64,000 nucleotides of DNA from Candidatus Nomurabacteria bacterium (GTDB lineage: Bacteria > Patescibacteriota > Minisyncoccia > Phycocordibacterales > UBA918): assembly GCA_020632075.1 (NCBI GenBank), contig JACKGH010000001.1:323216-387215 (forward strand), in the 5' to 3' direction. Under the pieces are notes generated by a model. That model saw nothing but the letters and a program-made list of their open reading frames with translations, did no database searches and was not told where the DNA came from. Position 1 is the stretch's first letter; the number at the start of each line of letters is the position of its first letter. The position numbers and the translations under genes were made by a program. Shown here piece after piece: positions 18,931 through 28,559 of the stretch.

Positions 18931-20011
18931 AAATATCGTCCTTTTGCGGCTTATCAAGCGTCAGCACGTCAACACCGATAGTTTCTCCTGTAATCCTGGT
19001 TACATCCTTATCGATCTTGTTTAGCTCCTTGTAGCCCGAGTTGTAGTGATTGACTGTCGTGGCCAGCGTATTACCGAGCTTTTGATAGAACTCTTCATAG
19101 CGTGCAATGTGCCCAGAAAGCTTCTCAACGTTCTTAATGATGTCTTGTGCTCGCTCCTCGATCTCAAGTGCCTTGAGGCCCTGCAGCACCGTCTGTAGAT
19201 ACGCCAGGAATGAAGTTGGCGATACTATGATGACTTTATACTTCCCGGCGGCGCGCTGGATAAGATTCTCCTCCCCCGCTCCAACCTTATTGGAAAGCAG
19301 ATCATAGTAGATTCCTTCATGCGGAATAAACATAAACGCAAAGTCCGTGGTTTTTTCGGTCGGGCGGATGTACTTAGCAGTCTCAGTGATACGCAGCTTG
19401 AGGTCATTCACAAACGCCTTCTCAAACTGCACTTTCTCTGCGCCGTCGGCAGCTTCGGCAAAACGATTGTAGTTTTCGAGTGAAAACTTACTGTCGATCG
19501 GAATCACTTTCCCTTTCACAAACACCGCCGCATCGACGATCTCACCATCTTCAAAGGCGTACTGCATCTGGAAGCTCTCTGGCGGCAACACGTTCTGCAG
19601 CACCGTCTCAAGATAGTACTCGCCGAGAATCCCGCGCTGCTTTGGGTTCTTGAGAATATTCTGAAGCTCCTTAAGTTGATCGGCTACCTGAAAGACTTGC
19701 TTGGAACTTTCGCTCACTTCCGTCGTCTTCTGTACTACATTGCGGAGTTGTTCGTTCATTTCGCGGCTGATCTCCTGCATAAGTTCCTTACTGTCGCGAA
19801 ATTGTAGCCGACTTCCCTCTTGCATAGCTTTGTTGGCTTCAGACAGACGGCTGTCCATCGTGCGCGACAACTCCTGCAGTTGCTGCTGCATCAGCAGCAT
19901 ACTCTCAGAATCTTCTTTCTTTTCTTCCTTCGGCTGTAACAGCTTGAACACCACAAATACATTCACGACCAGCAAAATAACTATCAGCGCAATCAAAACA
20001 ATTTCCATATG
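18929..20011 (-). CDS. rmuC: DNA recombination protein RmuC
   Basis: N-terminal TM helix (MEIVLIALIVILLVV), a long coiled-coil and the C-terminal RmuC nuclease-like region. Start chosen at the TM-helix Met. The track ORF extends 31 codons further. Confidence 0.8.
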   Translation of the reverse strand, partial: HMEIVLIALIVILLVVNVFVVFKLLQPKEEKKEDSESMLLMQQQLQELSRTMDSRLSEANKAMQEGSRLQFRDSKELMQEISREMNEQLRNVVQKTTEVSESSKQVFQVADQLKELQNILKNPKQRGILGEYYLETVLQNVLPPESFQMQYAFEDGEIVDAAVFVKGKVIPIDSKFSLENYNRFAEAADGAEKVQFEKAFVNDLKLRITETAKYIRPTEKTTDFAFMFIPHEGIYYDLLSNKVGAGEENLIQRAAGKYKVIIVSPTSFLAYLQTVLQGLKALEIEERAQDIIKNVEKLSGHIARYEEFYQKLGNTLATTVNHYNSGYKELNKIDKDVTRITGETIGVDVLTLDKPQKDDI

Positions 20012-20057
20012 AGGTACATAATACCATCTTTGTAAATTCATGATAAAATCGCTACAT

Positions 20058-20510
20058 ATGACATTACACGAACAGATCAAAAGCGAGCTAAAAGAAGCTC
20101 TCAAGGCTAAAGATCAAGTAAAACTCCGTACCGTACGCAGTATGCTTACTGCCTTTACGAACGAACTCGTTTCAAGCAGCCGCACCCCGCAGGATATGCT
20201 CAAAGACGACGAGGTCCTAGCAGTCATCAAGCGTCTCGCCAAGCAGCGCAAAGAGTCGATCGTGCAGTATGAGGAGAACAACCGCCCAGAACTTGCTGAA
20301 CCAGAAAAAGAAGAACTCGTTGTATTAGAGAGTTATCTTCCTCAAATGATGAGTCAGGATGAAATTCGTCCGATCGTGGAAGCTAAAAAGGCTGAGCTCG
20401 GTATTGAAGACAAAAGCAAGATGGGAATGCTGGTGGGTGCTGTCATGAAGGAGCTCGCTGGCAAAGCAGACGGGGGTGATGTAAAAGCGGTAGTTGAGAG
20501 TCTTTTCTAA
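20058..20510 (+). CDS. GatB/YqeY-domain protein
   Basis: MTLHEQIKSELKEALKAKDQVKLRTVRSMLTAF is the YqeY N-terminal signature. Confidence 0.85.
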   Translation: MTLHEQIKSELKEALKAKDQVKLRTVRSMLTAFTNELVSSSRTPQDMLKDDEVLAVIKRLAKQRKESIVQYEENNRPELAEPEKEELVVLESYLPQMMSQDEIRPIVEAKKAELGIEDKSKMGMLVGAVMKELAGKADGGDVKAVVESLF

Positions 20511-20524
20511 CCACCAATCTATCT

Positions 20525-20884
20525 ATGTCACACGAAAAACCAGTCGATCCATTGGAAGCTCTGAGACAACTACGAGAAAAAGTTGAAGCTAAAAAACACG
20601 AACGGCTTCCATCACGCTCATTTGAGTCTAATGGATACACCGTTACTGTCGAACTCAAAAAAGACGACACGAGAGTGGTCACCATGTACAAAGGCGGTCA
20701 AACATCCACCTTCAAGATCGATCAAAATGACTCATTCGAGTTCAACTCCCTGATTGGACTAGAAAATGAAGACATGCGGACCGAGAGCCCTGCCATGGCC
20801 AGGCAGCATTATGACGAATTCACTTCACTCCTTCAGAGCGGACAACTAGAAATAGTGACCAGCAGTGACGAAGAAGAATTTTAA
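20525..20884 (+). CDS. Hypothetical protein (119 aa, acidic C-terminus)
   Basis: ORF with no recognisable motif. Confidence 0.45.
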   Translation: MSHEKPVDPLEALRQLREKVEAKKHERLPSRSFESNGYTVTVELKKDDTRVVTMYKGGQTSTFKIDQNDSFEFNSLIGLENEDMRTESPAMARQHYDEFTSLLQSGQLEIVTSSDEEEF

Positions 20885-20963
20885 AAAAACAATCACCCGC
20901 TCGGGTGATTGTTTTTTAGACGAGTATGACTATAATGCGCTCAGCGTTACGGAGGAACTGCCA

Positions 20964-21608
20964 ATGGCCAAAACACGCGACTGGGAACGTCCGGCGCGTA
21001 ACCGGCTGTTCCACCAATTGTACCTTGAGTATCAAGAGACTCTGATCAATAACAAGTACCTGCACGTTGACGCAGCAACGCACGAGACTGTTCGATTTTT
21101 GTTTGGTGGCGATACGATCACCTTTATTCGACAGTATGGATACGTACGCCAAACCACCTTTGGTGAGCGCGAACTTGAGTTTCTTGAGTGGTCATTTTTG
21201 AGACTACTCGCAGAAGAGCTCATGGAAGCGGTCTGGGCTGGTTACCGACCCGAACGCCGTGGTAAGCGAAGACGGATTCACTTGGTCACACTGACCGGGG
21301 ACGATGACACCGACCATGCTGCTGAGTGCGCATACGTACGACTATTGCAAGTCTCCCGAGTCAAAACCATCTTCCTGGTCGGCGGTGATGAGGTAACATA
21401 TGTGCGTGACCGAGGCTTTACAGATGAGACACTGCGTTTTGCAAGGGGACTTGATCGTAGCAATGAGCACTTTTACAGCACTCTTGCTACCGAACTCATG
21501 GAAGCGGTCACCAGAGGACACGACGAGACCAAACTAAATCGCAAGCCCAAACCTCGCAAGAAGCGGTTTCGACATAGCGTACCGATCCAAGGGAAGTTGT
21601 TCCTGTAG
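20964..21608 (+). CDS. Hypothetical protein with an internal ~70-aa duplication (each copy ends ..ELMEAV.. then a basic K/R patch)
   Basis: GGAGG sits 8 nt upstream of the ATG at 20964, and a terminator hairpin follows at 21607-21633. The repeats are ...TITFIRQYGYVRQTTFGERELEFLEWSFLRLLAEELMEAVWAGYRPERRGKRRRIH and ...VTYVRDRGFTDETLRFARGLDRSNEHFYSTLATELMEAVTRGHDETKLNRKPKPRKKRFRH. Confidence 0.5.
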   Translation: MAKTRDWERPARNRLFHQLYLEYQETLINNKYLHVDAATHETVRFLFGGDTITFIRQYGYVRQTTFGERELEFLEWSFLRLLAEELMEAVWAGYRPERRGKRRRIHLVTLTGDDDTDHAAECAYVRLLQVSRVKTIFLVGGDEVTYVRDRGFTDETLRFARGLDRSNEHFYSTLATELMEAVTRGHDETKLNRKPKPRKKRFRHSVPIQGKLFL

Positions 21609-21633
21609 CGCCGCCAAAGTCTTGGCGGCGCTA
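21607..21633 (+). terminator. Hairpin agcgccgccaa-agtc-ttggcggcgct
   Basis: 11-bp stem immediately after the stop at 21608. Weak T-tract. Confidence 0.55.
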
Positions 21634-21707
21634 TTTACATGTGCTCTAAGAAATGTTTTAATCATTACGGCACAATAGTTCCCCAACGCAAACCAAAGGA
21701 GTTTTGC

Positions 21708-21977
21708 ATGTCACAAAGCAATGTTGCACCGATCGCGCCACCGATCCAATCCTGGTCACTCGACCCAATAACCGCCACTCGCGCCACCGCCGGCGACTTA
21801 ATGGCACTCATCGCCCACATGGATGGAAAGGTCTCGGTCATCCCGATCGAAGGCGGCACCAATGTCGCCATCTTCGCCGAAGACCCGATCGCCGCAGTCA
21901 AACTGGCCAACTGGATGAGACAGTACGTCCCGACCGCCACCGAGCGGTGGACCACCCTGGCAGCGATCTCTAACTGA
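21708..21977 (+). CDS. Hypothetical protein (89 aa)
   Basis: AAGGAG sits 7 nt upstream of the ATG at 21708, and a terminator follows at 22003-22027. Confidence 0.45.
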   Translation: MSQSNVAPIAPPIQSWSLDPITATRATAGDLMALIAHMDGKVSVIPIEGGTNVAIFAEDPIAAVKLANWMRQYVPTATERWTTLAAISN

Positions 21978-22002
21978 CGACCCCTCCCCCATGTGTCGTC
22001 AG

Positions 22003-22027
22003 GGCCGCGCGATAGCGCGGCCTTTTT
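22003..22027. terminator. Terminator ggccgcgc-gata-gcgcggcc-ttttt
   Basis: 8-bp GC stem with a T-run, between convergent genes. Confidence 0.8.
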
Positions 22028-22029
22028 AT

Positions 22030-22728
22030 TTATGAAAATGTAGTAGCGTCTGCCACATCAAACTCTCCCACCTTGGTACGACGAAGATTTTGGAGCGTAG
22101 CAGGATAGTTAAGGCGGCGGCCGAGCTCCTCGGCAAGAGAACGAATGTACGTACCCGAACCGACCGCGAAGCGAATGGTCGCCACCGCTCGGCCGCCGCC
22201 GACTTCTACTCCCAGAAGCTCAGCTTCGTCCATTCGCATGGTACGAAATGGCACTTCGGTGACCACCTCCCCTTTCTGTTCAGCCTTGCGAGCACGCTTG
22301 TACATGGGCACACCATCCACTTTGATCGCGCTGTAGGCAGAGACAAGCAGCTCTAGTTCGCCGAGCATATCGGTGAGGGCGGCGGAAATTTTGCTCCGCA
22401 AAATTTCCGCCGCCTCAACCACCACTTTCTCCTCCATCACCTCCCCTTCTAAATCTCCCGTCGTCCGCCGCTCACCGAGACGCACCTCTGCTACATACTC
22501 TTTATCGAGCTTGGTGAGCTCAGTAAGCTGTTTAGTTCCTTTTCCAACTCCGAGTACCATCAAACCGGTTGCTAGCGGATCAAGTGTACCGGCGTGTCCC
22601 ATTTTGGGTGCTTTTTCACCATTGTGAGTATCACTGTACATGCGACGCAAACGACGGATCACGTCAAACGACGTGATCCCTTTTGGTTTGTCTATGAGTA
22701 AAATTTCTGTACCCCAGTTCATCCTCAC
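22030..22728 (-). CDS. truB: tRNA pseudouridine(55) synthase TruB
   Basis: ILLIDKPKGITSFDV and HAGTLDPLATG (catalytic Asp) motifs. Confidence 0.9.
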   Translation of the reverse strand: MRMNWGTEILLIDKPKGITSFDVIRRLRRMYSDTHNGEKAPKMGHAGTLDPLATGLMVLGVGKGTKQLTELTKLDKEYVAEVRLGERRTTGDLEGEVMEEKVVVEAAEILRSKISAALTDMLGELELLVSAYSAIKVDGVPMYKRARKAEQKGEVVTEVPFRTMRMDEAELLGVEVGGGRAVATIRFAVGSGTYIRSLAEELGRRLNYPATLQNLRRTKVGEFDVADATTFS

Positions 22729-22888
22729 TCAATTGTGTCCGCGCCAAGCTGAATCATCTGTAAAATATTTTTTACTAGCCATGTCGGGATAATAGCTTAA
22801 TGCAGCAGATATCCCTAAGATAAATAATAACAACAATATCCACACAGTAGCGATCTTTACTAACTTTAACCAGTCGTTCATACGTTCC

Positions 22889-23836
22889 CTACACAAACGC
22901 CATCAACTTCACCAAGAAGAAGCAGAAGAAGAGGAGCATTGCCATACCTTCCCAGCGTTGCACCTGTCGTGCGAGACCGTTTACAAAGAGAATCAGTGAT
23001 GCTGCTACCATGATCCAAATACCAAGCCCCATCACAACCTCACCAGCATCAAGTGGTGCGATCAATCCAGGGATACCAGCCACCAGAAGAATATTAAACG
23101 CATTAGAACCAAAGATGTTTCCAATCGCAAGGTCGGTCTCGTTAGACTTGATGGCCTGTAGTGAAACAAAAAGCTCAGGTAGCGATGTACCGATAGCGAT
23201 TGCTCCAATGGACACAAGACCAATTGGTACAGAAAGACCTGTCGCAATTTCTACCGCCATCTGCACTGTGTAATGTGCACCACCAAGGACTGCTGCAATC
23301 CCGAGAATAACAAACACAACAGACTTGACCGTAACTTTGTCATGACCATTCCTCACCTCCATTTCCTTCTTGGCTTTATTGCCTGAAGAAAAGAGATACC
23401 AGATGTACACACAGAGCGTACCTGTGAGCAGCCACGCTTCAATCTGATCAATCTTGCCATCCCAAATACTTGCGACGAAGTGTACTGTTGCGATAAAGAA
23501 GATCGGCAGCTCTGTCTGTAGAAGATTCTTATTGATCATCACTGGTCCGCCCATCATTGCAAGCACACCCACAATCAGGAGAATGTTTGTAATATTTGAA
23601 CCAACTACGTTCGCAATTACGATCTCGCTCGTGTCTGCCAACACCGCAGCCAGTGAAGACGCCAGCTCAGGCAGTGATGTACCAAGCCCAACAATCAATA
23701 CTCCAATTGCAAACGGACTCATACCAAACGCAGAACCAATCCGCTTCGCACCCTCAACAAAGAGATCTGCACCGCGAACCAGCACAAACAACGCTACCAG
23801 CAAAATTCCAACTGAAGGTAAAAGTGATACAAGCAT
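22889..23836 (-). CDS. Ca2+:cation (Na+/Ca2+) antiporter, CaCA family
   Basis: Two alpha-repeat GTSLPEL motifs (GLGTSLPELASS and AIGTSLPELFVS). Start taken at the internal Met MLVSLLPSVGILL. The track ORF is 22 codons longer. Confidence 0.8.
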   Translation of the reverse strand: MLVSLLPSVGILLVALFVLVRGADLFVEGAKRIGSAFGMSPFAIGVLIVGLGTSLPELASSLAAVLADTSEIVIANVVGSNITNILLIVGVLAMMGGPVMINKNLLQTELPIFFIATVHFVASIWDGKIDQIEAWLLTGTLCVYIWYLFSSGNKAKKEMEVRNGHDKVTVKSVVFVILGIAAVLGGAHYTVQMAVEIATGLSVPIGLVSIGAIAIGTSLPELFVSLQAIKSNETDLAIGNIFGSNAFNILLVAGIPGLIAPLDAGEVVMGLGIWIMVAASLILFVNGLARQVQRWEGMAMLLFFCFFLVKLMAFV

Positions 23837-23852
23837 ATAGGAAAAGTATACC

Positions 23853-25091
23853 TTAGAGCACGAGTAGTGATGGATCGAATACGAGGACAGCGCCAAGCAC
23901 AAGCATCAAGAGACCACCAATGAGCAGTGAAAGTTGTGCGTATTTCGCACCGTGAGACTGCAACTTACTATAACCCCAAATAGCGAGACCAAAGACGATC
24001 AGGTCGTCCACCATGTACCCAATGGTGTAAATGAGAATATACCACTGCCGTTCCATAAAGCTCAGCATATTGAGCTCAAGGATCTTCGTGTACGCCTGCG
24101 GAATACCGATCGAACATGCGAATTCAATGATGTTCACCGAAAATGCAATCACCAAAATAGCGAAGATAGACGCAATAGTGACTGGCTGATGCACGATCGC
24201 CTTGAATTTATCGATCGTCTTTGACTGTGTTTCGATATCAGTGATATCACACACCAGATCAGCTGAACGATTCTTATGCCAACGTGAAAGGAAGAAGAAT
24301 CCACCTCCAAGCGCCAAAAGGCCCACAAATGGCGTTACATACTGATCAAGTGCGACAAAGTCCCAGGTCTTGTACCAAACGTTAAGGATCAGGTTGTACA
24401 TGATCGCTTCCGCCAAGATGAAGATGCCGGCCAAGAAAACCATCTTCTTGCGGCTACCGGCCTGTGAGAGGATCACCAAGAAAGTGATAAGCACCCACAT
24501 CGCACAGGGATTGAATCCATCGATCACCCCAAGAATCGCTGAGAGTGAGAAGAGTGAAAATGACTTTAGGTCGACAATACCGAAGAATGGGAGGTCAAAT
24601 ACATAGCCCATTTGCTCGCCAGCATCACACGATAAGCCAGTACAACCACCACCTATGATCACTTCCTGCTGCGGTGCTCGTTCGATATGATCTTGAATAG
24701 TCCTGATGTCTGAGTCGCGCGCTGCTTCGATCGCCAGCTGAATACTATGACCGGTCGTTGCTGGGCTATCAAAGCCACTAATGACACGCTCTCCCACCAC
24801 CACAATTGGCGTCACCTTGGCCGTATCGTGCTTCTTTGCGACCTGGTCGTACCACTCGGCAGCTTGATCATCGGTCAGAATGTTTAAATACTCGTACCGA
24901 ATCTCTGGCTCGGTCTGAATCCATTCAAACAACTTCTTACAAAAACCACAGTCGTCACGTCCAAAGATGTACACAACCGGTTCCTCTGCAACAACCTCTG
25001 ACTCTGTTGTAGTTTGGGCGGCAGCGGTGCTACTAAATGCGCCGGCAAACAACAAGATAAACGCAAACGCGCTGGCAATGATCTGTTTCAT
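23853..25091 (-). CDS. Fusion of a signal peptide, a glutaredoxin/thioredoxin-fold domain (CGFC) and a CcdA/DsbD-like multi-TM thiol-disulfide transporter
   Basis: N-terminal signal (AFAFILLFAGAFSSTAAA). The glutaredoxin-like segment reads VVYIFGRDDCGFCKKLFEWI. The membrane domain has paired Cys (GFNPCAMWVL, FACSIGIP) as in the DsbD/CcdA transmembrane core. Confidence 0.55.
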   Translation of the reverse strand: MKQIIASAFAFILLFAGAFSSTAAAQTTTESEVVAEEPVVYIFGRDDCGFCKKLFEWIQTEPEIRYEYLNILTDDQAAEWYDQVAKKHDTAKVTPIVVVGERVISGFDSPATTGHSIQLAIEAARDSDIRTIQDHIERAPQQEVIIGGGCTGLSCDAGEQMGYVFDLPFFGIVDLKSFSLFSLSAILGVIDGFNPCAMWVLITFLVILSQAGSRKKMVFLAGIFILAEAIMYNLILNVWYKTWDFVALDQYVTPFVGLLALGGGFFFLSRWHKNRSADLVCDITDIETQSKTIDKFKAIVHQPVTIASIFAILVIAFSVNIIEFACSIGIPQAYTKILELNMLSFMERQWYILIYTIGYMVDDLIVFGLAIWGYSKLQSHGAKYAQLSLLIGGLLMLVLGAVLVFDPSLLVL

Positions 25092-25109
25092 AGATGCAAT
25101 GCTACCACG

Positions 25110-25141
25110 AAAGCGGGGGGGCCGAAGGCCCCGCCCGCTTT
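25110..25141. terminator. Palindrome aaagcgggggggcc-gaa-ggccccgcccgcttt
   Basis: Arms of about 14 bp with a GAA loop, between the glutaredoxin-DsbD gene and msrB. Confidence 0.6.
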
Positions 25142-25148
25142 ACTCTAC

Positions 25149-25760
25149 TTATTCAACATACTTCAAGAAATCCCCATACCCCTCTGCCTCCATTTGGTCC
25201 TTAGGAATGAAACGAAGAGCGGCGCCATTCATACAGTAGCGGAGTCCTGTACTCTCTCTTGGACCATCGGTAAAGACATGACCAAGATGGTTATCTGCAA
25301 CAGCCGAGCGGATCTCGGTCCGAGGCATAAAGAGTTTATTATCCTCCCGCTCAGTGACAGCTTCTGGTGTGATCGGCCGCACAAATGAAGGCCACCCGCT
25401 GCCAGAGTCAAACTTATCTTTTGAAGAATAGAGCGGCTCACCGGAGAGGATATCGACATAGATACCCGGCTCATAATTCTTGTCGAGCGGACTCGTCCCA
25501 GCTCGCTCAGTCCCCTCTTCTTGCGTTACCTTGTACGTAAGTGGATCAAGCTGCTGCTCTAACTCATTCTCAGCTGGCTTCTTATAGTTGTCCCACATAT
25601 AAGTTATATGATCAGTTTCGTTAGTTACTTGTACAGCGCTGGTCGACGTTGCTATTTCATATGAAGCCGGTGCTGATTGGGGCGCCGGCTCCGCCGGCGC
25701 CCCAACACCGAACCCGAAAAATGCCGCCACTGACACAAGAAATCCTTTAATAAAATCCAT
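25149..25760 (-). CDS. msrB: Secreted peptide-methionine (R)-S-oxide reductase MsrB
   Basis: N-terminal signal peptide. GWPSF, HLGHVFTDGP and RYCMNGAAL motifs are the MsrB signature. Confidence 0.85.
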   Translation of the reverse strand: MDFIKGFLVSVAAFFGFGVGAPAEPAPQSAPASYEIATSTSAVQVTNETDHITYMWDNYKKPAENELEQQLDPLTYKVTQEEGTERAGTSPLDKNYEPGIYVDILSGEPLYSSKDKFDSGSGWPSFVRPITPEAVTEREDNKLFMPRTEIRSAVADNHLGHVFTDGPRESTGLRYCMNGAALRFIPKDQMEAEGYGDFLKYVE

Positions 25761-25816
25761 GTTAAGTAAACTTTACATTACTACATCATATACTACTTGC
25801 GCGTCAGAAAAATATT

Positions 25817-26269
25817 TCACCTATTCACTTCGGGCGTGTGCACATTGTATTTAGCTTGCACTGTCTGCAGCATCAAGACAGAATGACCAAGTCTGTCTAT
25901 TGCTTTTAACTCTGAGATGCATTTCTTATACTCAGGGACCTGTTCAGCTACCAAACCCCAAAAATCTTCCCCGTGGTTTAAATGTGTTAAATGACACAAC
26001 TCATGCACGATCACATAGTCGCAAAGATGGGGCGGCAAAAGGAGAAGCTTGTAGTTAAAGTTGAGATTTTTGAGTGATGTACAACTCCCCCAGCAGCGCC
26101 GCTGATTGCGAATGGAGACTCGATTCCACTTTAGCTGATAATGCTGATTAAAATACTCAAGGCGTGCGAGCACCAGCTCACGCGCCGCTTCTTTATTCTC
26201 AACATAATGCTTCGTAACACTGCCACTCCGTCTCCTACGTGCCACACGTTTTCTTCGCCACTTCCACAT
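25817..26269 (-). CDS. YgjP-like metallopeptidase (DUF45/M48 or WLM-like, HExxH)
   Basis: VIVHELCHLTHLNHGEDFW matches the DUF45 HEXXH...H.NHG..FW signature. Short 150-aa form. Its stop abuts the helicase gene. Confidence 0.7.
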   Translation of the reverse strand: MWKWRRKRVARRRRSGSVTKHYVENKEAARELVLARLEYFNQHYQLKWNRVSIRNQRRCWGSCTSLKNLNFNYKLLLLPPHLCDYVIVHELCHLTHLNHGEDFWGLVAEQVPEYKKCISELKAIDRLGHSVLMLQTVQAKYNVHTPEVNR

Positions 26270-26270
26270 A

Positions 26271-27977
26271 CTAAAACACGGCTTCTTTCACCTTTCCTTC
26301 CAGTTGATACTGCATACGGGCCAAACGAACGAGCACATAGTCATACTGTTCTCCAGCTTCCTCATATATAGGTTTCAGTTTCTCGACTCCGTGCGTATCC
26401 ATCGCTGCATCAAGCACTTCACGCGCGAGACTCCAGTCGATATCAGTCGGTTCAAGCACTTTGATGTCTTCAGCAGTCAGATCACCGTCTTCAACCAGCC
26501 GCTCGATGTGTGACCAGATCGTCATCTCAGTTAGTTCTCGAGCCTTGGCAATATCGTGCACACTCTTCCCTTCGAGCAGCATGTCTTTCGTGACCGCATA
26601 GGTACTCTCTGCCTTGATCCGCTCACCCGCACTCCGTACCACACCCACTTCATCATCGTTCGGAACCTTACCGCCATGCGCCACCACAAACCGCTCATGC
26701 ATATCAAGCACTTCTTTGTCTTCCATTTCGATAAATGCATCTTCTGCACTTTCCGACTCCATGTGGAATTTCTTATCTTGATCGACAATCTTCGGATCGA
26801 CCTGGAGCGCATTTGGGTGCATCCCGATGATCTTCATACCTTCGAGCGAGCGCACCCGTGACAGTGCCACATAGCCCTGTCCGTACACAAACGCTTTGCT
26901 GAGATCGATCTCCGCTGCATCGAGCGACATTCCCTGACTTTTATGCACCGTGATCGCCCACGCGAGCCGGAGCGGTAGCTGCTCGATCGACGCCAATATC
27001 TTCTTGTCTTCAGCCAGTTCCCATGAAGTAGGCTTGATCAAGATCTCTCGTCCATCGAGAGTTTCAATCACCGGCATGTTTTCATCAAAGCGAATCACGC
27101 GCGCCAGCGTCCCGTTTACGTATCCAGCTTCAAAATTATTCTTCGTACACATCACCATCGCATCCTCCTTGAGGATCAGCGACTCTGGCGAGAGACAGTT
27201 CTTGGCGAGACCCTCCACCAGCTGCTTCCGGCCAGTTCCCTTCATGGTGTAGCGCTTGGCTCCACCGGGTAGCTTCGCGAGCTCGGCGGCGTTGACCGCG
27301 TCTACATCGGCATTATGTGTGTAAAGCCTTGTCGGCTCGATATGTTCGTACGCAATTTCTTTTTGTTCCTGAAGCAGCGTGTAGTGCTCTTCTTCGATCT
27401 CATTGCGACGGATTGAACCAAGGAGCCCCAGCAGCATTTCGTCTTCCTGGCGATGTTGCTCGGTGAGATAGCAAATGAGCGGCTTCATCGCTTGCCACGC
27501 CTTGCTCTCAAAGGCATAGACCATAATATCGCCCTGACGCGTCACCGGCGGCAACTGAAAGAAGTCGCCGATACACACCACCTGAATCCCCCCAAACGGC
27601 TCGCTACTCTGACGCACGGTGCGAAGGATCTGGTCGACCATATCGAGGCCGCGCCCATCGAGCATCGAGATCTCGTCGATCACAAGCACATGGGCTTTTT
27701 TCATCCGCTTTACGAGTCGCTCACGACCGGCTATCTGATCGAGGTCGTATGGTGTAAGCTCTCCCTTGATCCCGAACCCGCTCCAGGAATGGATCGTCAT
27801 GCCGCCAATGTGTGTGGCAGCGATCCCCGTAGACGCCGTCACCGCCACATGAAGCCCCGCTGCTTCGAGCCACGCCACATACTGATTGATCACGTATGTC
27901 TTACCTGCCCCCGGCTCACCCGTAAGGAATACATTAGCTCCCGTTTTTAGAATATCTAACGCTCGATCTTGTGTCAT
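26271..27977 (-). CDS. PIF1/RecD-family SF1 DNA helicase with a C-terminal helix-turn-helix domain
   Basis: Walker A LTGEPGAGKT, Walker B LVIDEISM and motif V TVHKSQGMSLD. The C-terminal ~100 aa are HTH-like. Start taken at MTQDRALDILK. The track ORF is 25 codons longer. Confidence 0.8.
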   Translation of the reverse strand: MTQDRALDILKTGANVFLTGEPGAGKTYVINQYVAWLEAAGLHVAVTASTGIAATHIGGMTIHSWSGFGIKGELTPYDLDQIAGRERLVKRMKKAHVLVIDEISMLDGRGLDMVDQILRTVRQSSEPFGGIQVVCIGDFFQLPPVTRQGDIMVYAFESKAWQAMKPLICYLTEQHRQEDEMLLGLLGSIRRNEIEEEHYTLLQEQKEIAYEHIEPTRLYTHNADVDAVNAAELAKLPGGAKRYTMKGTGRKQLVEGLAKNCLSPESLILKEDAMVMCTKNNFEAGYVNGTLARVIRFDENMPVIETLDGREILIKPTSWELAEDKKILASIEQLPLRLAWAITVHKSQGMSLDAAEIDLSKAFVYGQGYVALSRVRSLEGMKIIGMHPNALQVDPKIVDQDKKFHMESESAEDAFIEMEDKEVLDMHERFVVAHGGKVPNDDEVGVVRSAGERIKAESTYAVTKDMLLEGKSVHDIAKARELTEMTIWSHIERLVEDGDLTAEDIKVLEPTDIDWSLAREVLDAAMDTHGVEKLKPIYEEAGEQYDYVLVRLARMQYQLEGKVKEAVF

Positions 27978-28071
27978 AGGCGTAAGAATACCACGCGAGC
28001 AGAGTAATTGACCAAAGCAATTTTTACCGTATAGTGTCCGCAGATCGTACACATACTATAGGTATACAACC

Positions 28072-28506
28072 ATGACCAACGAGATCCTCAGCAGGTTGGT
28101 TGAAGAGACACTGAATGACATGTACTGTCCTGAGGTGAATCTTTTTCCTTTCACTGCTCGCACACCGCTCGCCATCCGATTCGGTACTGCATCACCGCCG
28201 GTGCGTCGACTGCACAACCTTGTGCACATGCTTCAAGCTCGCATTGAGAACTCAAGTGAACTGGCGCGAGTCGAACAACTGCGCAATTGCCAACAAGAAG
28301 CGATCGCGAAGATCGACGAACTTATTGCTACCAGCCTCCACCCAAAACTGGCAGCACAGTGCAGCACGTTTGAGCTCGATGCAGACTGGAACATCATTGG
28401 CATTCGTCACCATGTGCCCACACCGAGTACTCCACCAGTCAAACGAACCATTGCAGGCTGCAACCTGTCTGACCGGCTCAAGCTGACGACTGCGACCATG
28501 CAGTAA
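28072..28506 (+). CDS. Hypothetical protein (144 aa); paralogue of the next gene
   Basis: Shares an RLHNLVHMLQARIE / CHLHNLLEQIKGDI core with ORF 28600-29175. Terminator hairpin at 28531-28559. Confidence 0.5.
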   Translation: MTNEILSRLVEETLNDMYCPEVNLFPFTARTPLAIRFGTASPPVRRLHNLVHMLQARIENSSELARVEQLRNCQQEAIAKIDELIATSLHPKLAAQCSTFELDADWNIIGIRHHVPTPSTPPVKRTIAGCNLSDRLKLTTATMQ

Positions 28507-28530
28507 ACGGACACCTTGGCAACAAACCTC

Positions 28531-28559
28531 GCCCGGCGCTTCGCGCCGGGCTTTCTGTT
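28531..28559 (+). terminator. Terminator gcccggcgc-ttc-gcgccgggc-tttctgtt
   Basis: 9-bp stem with a T-rich tail. Confidence 0.75.
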
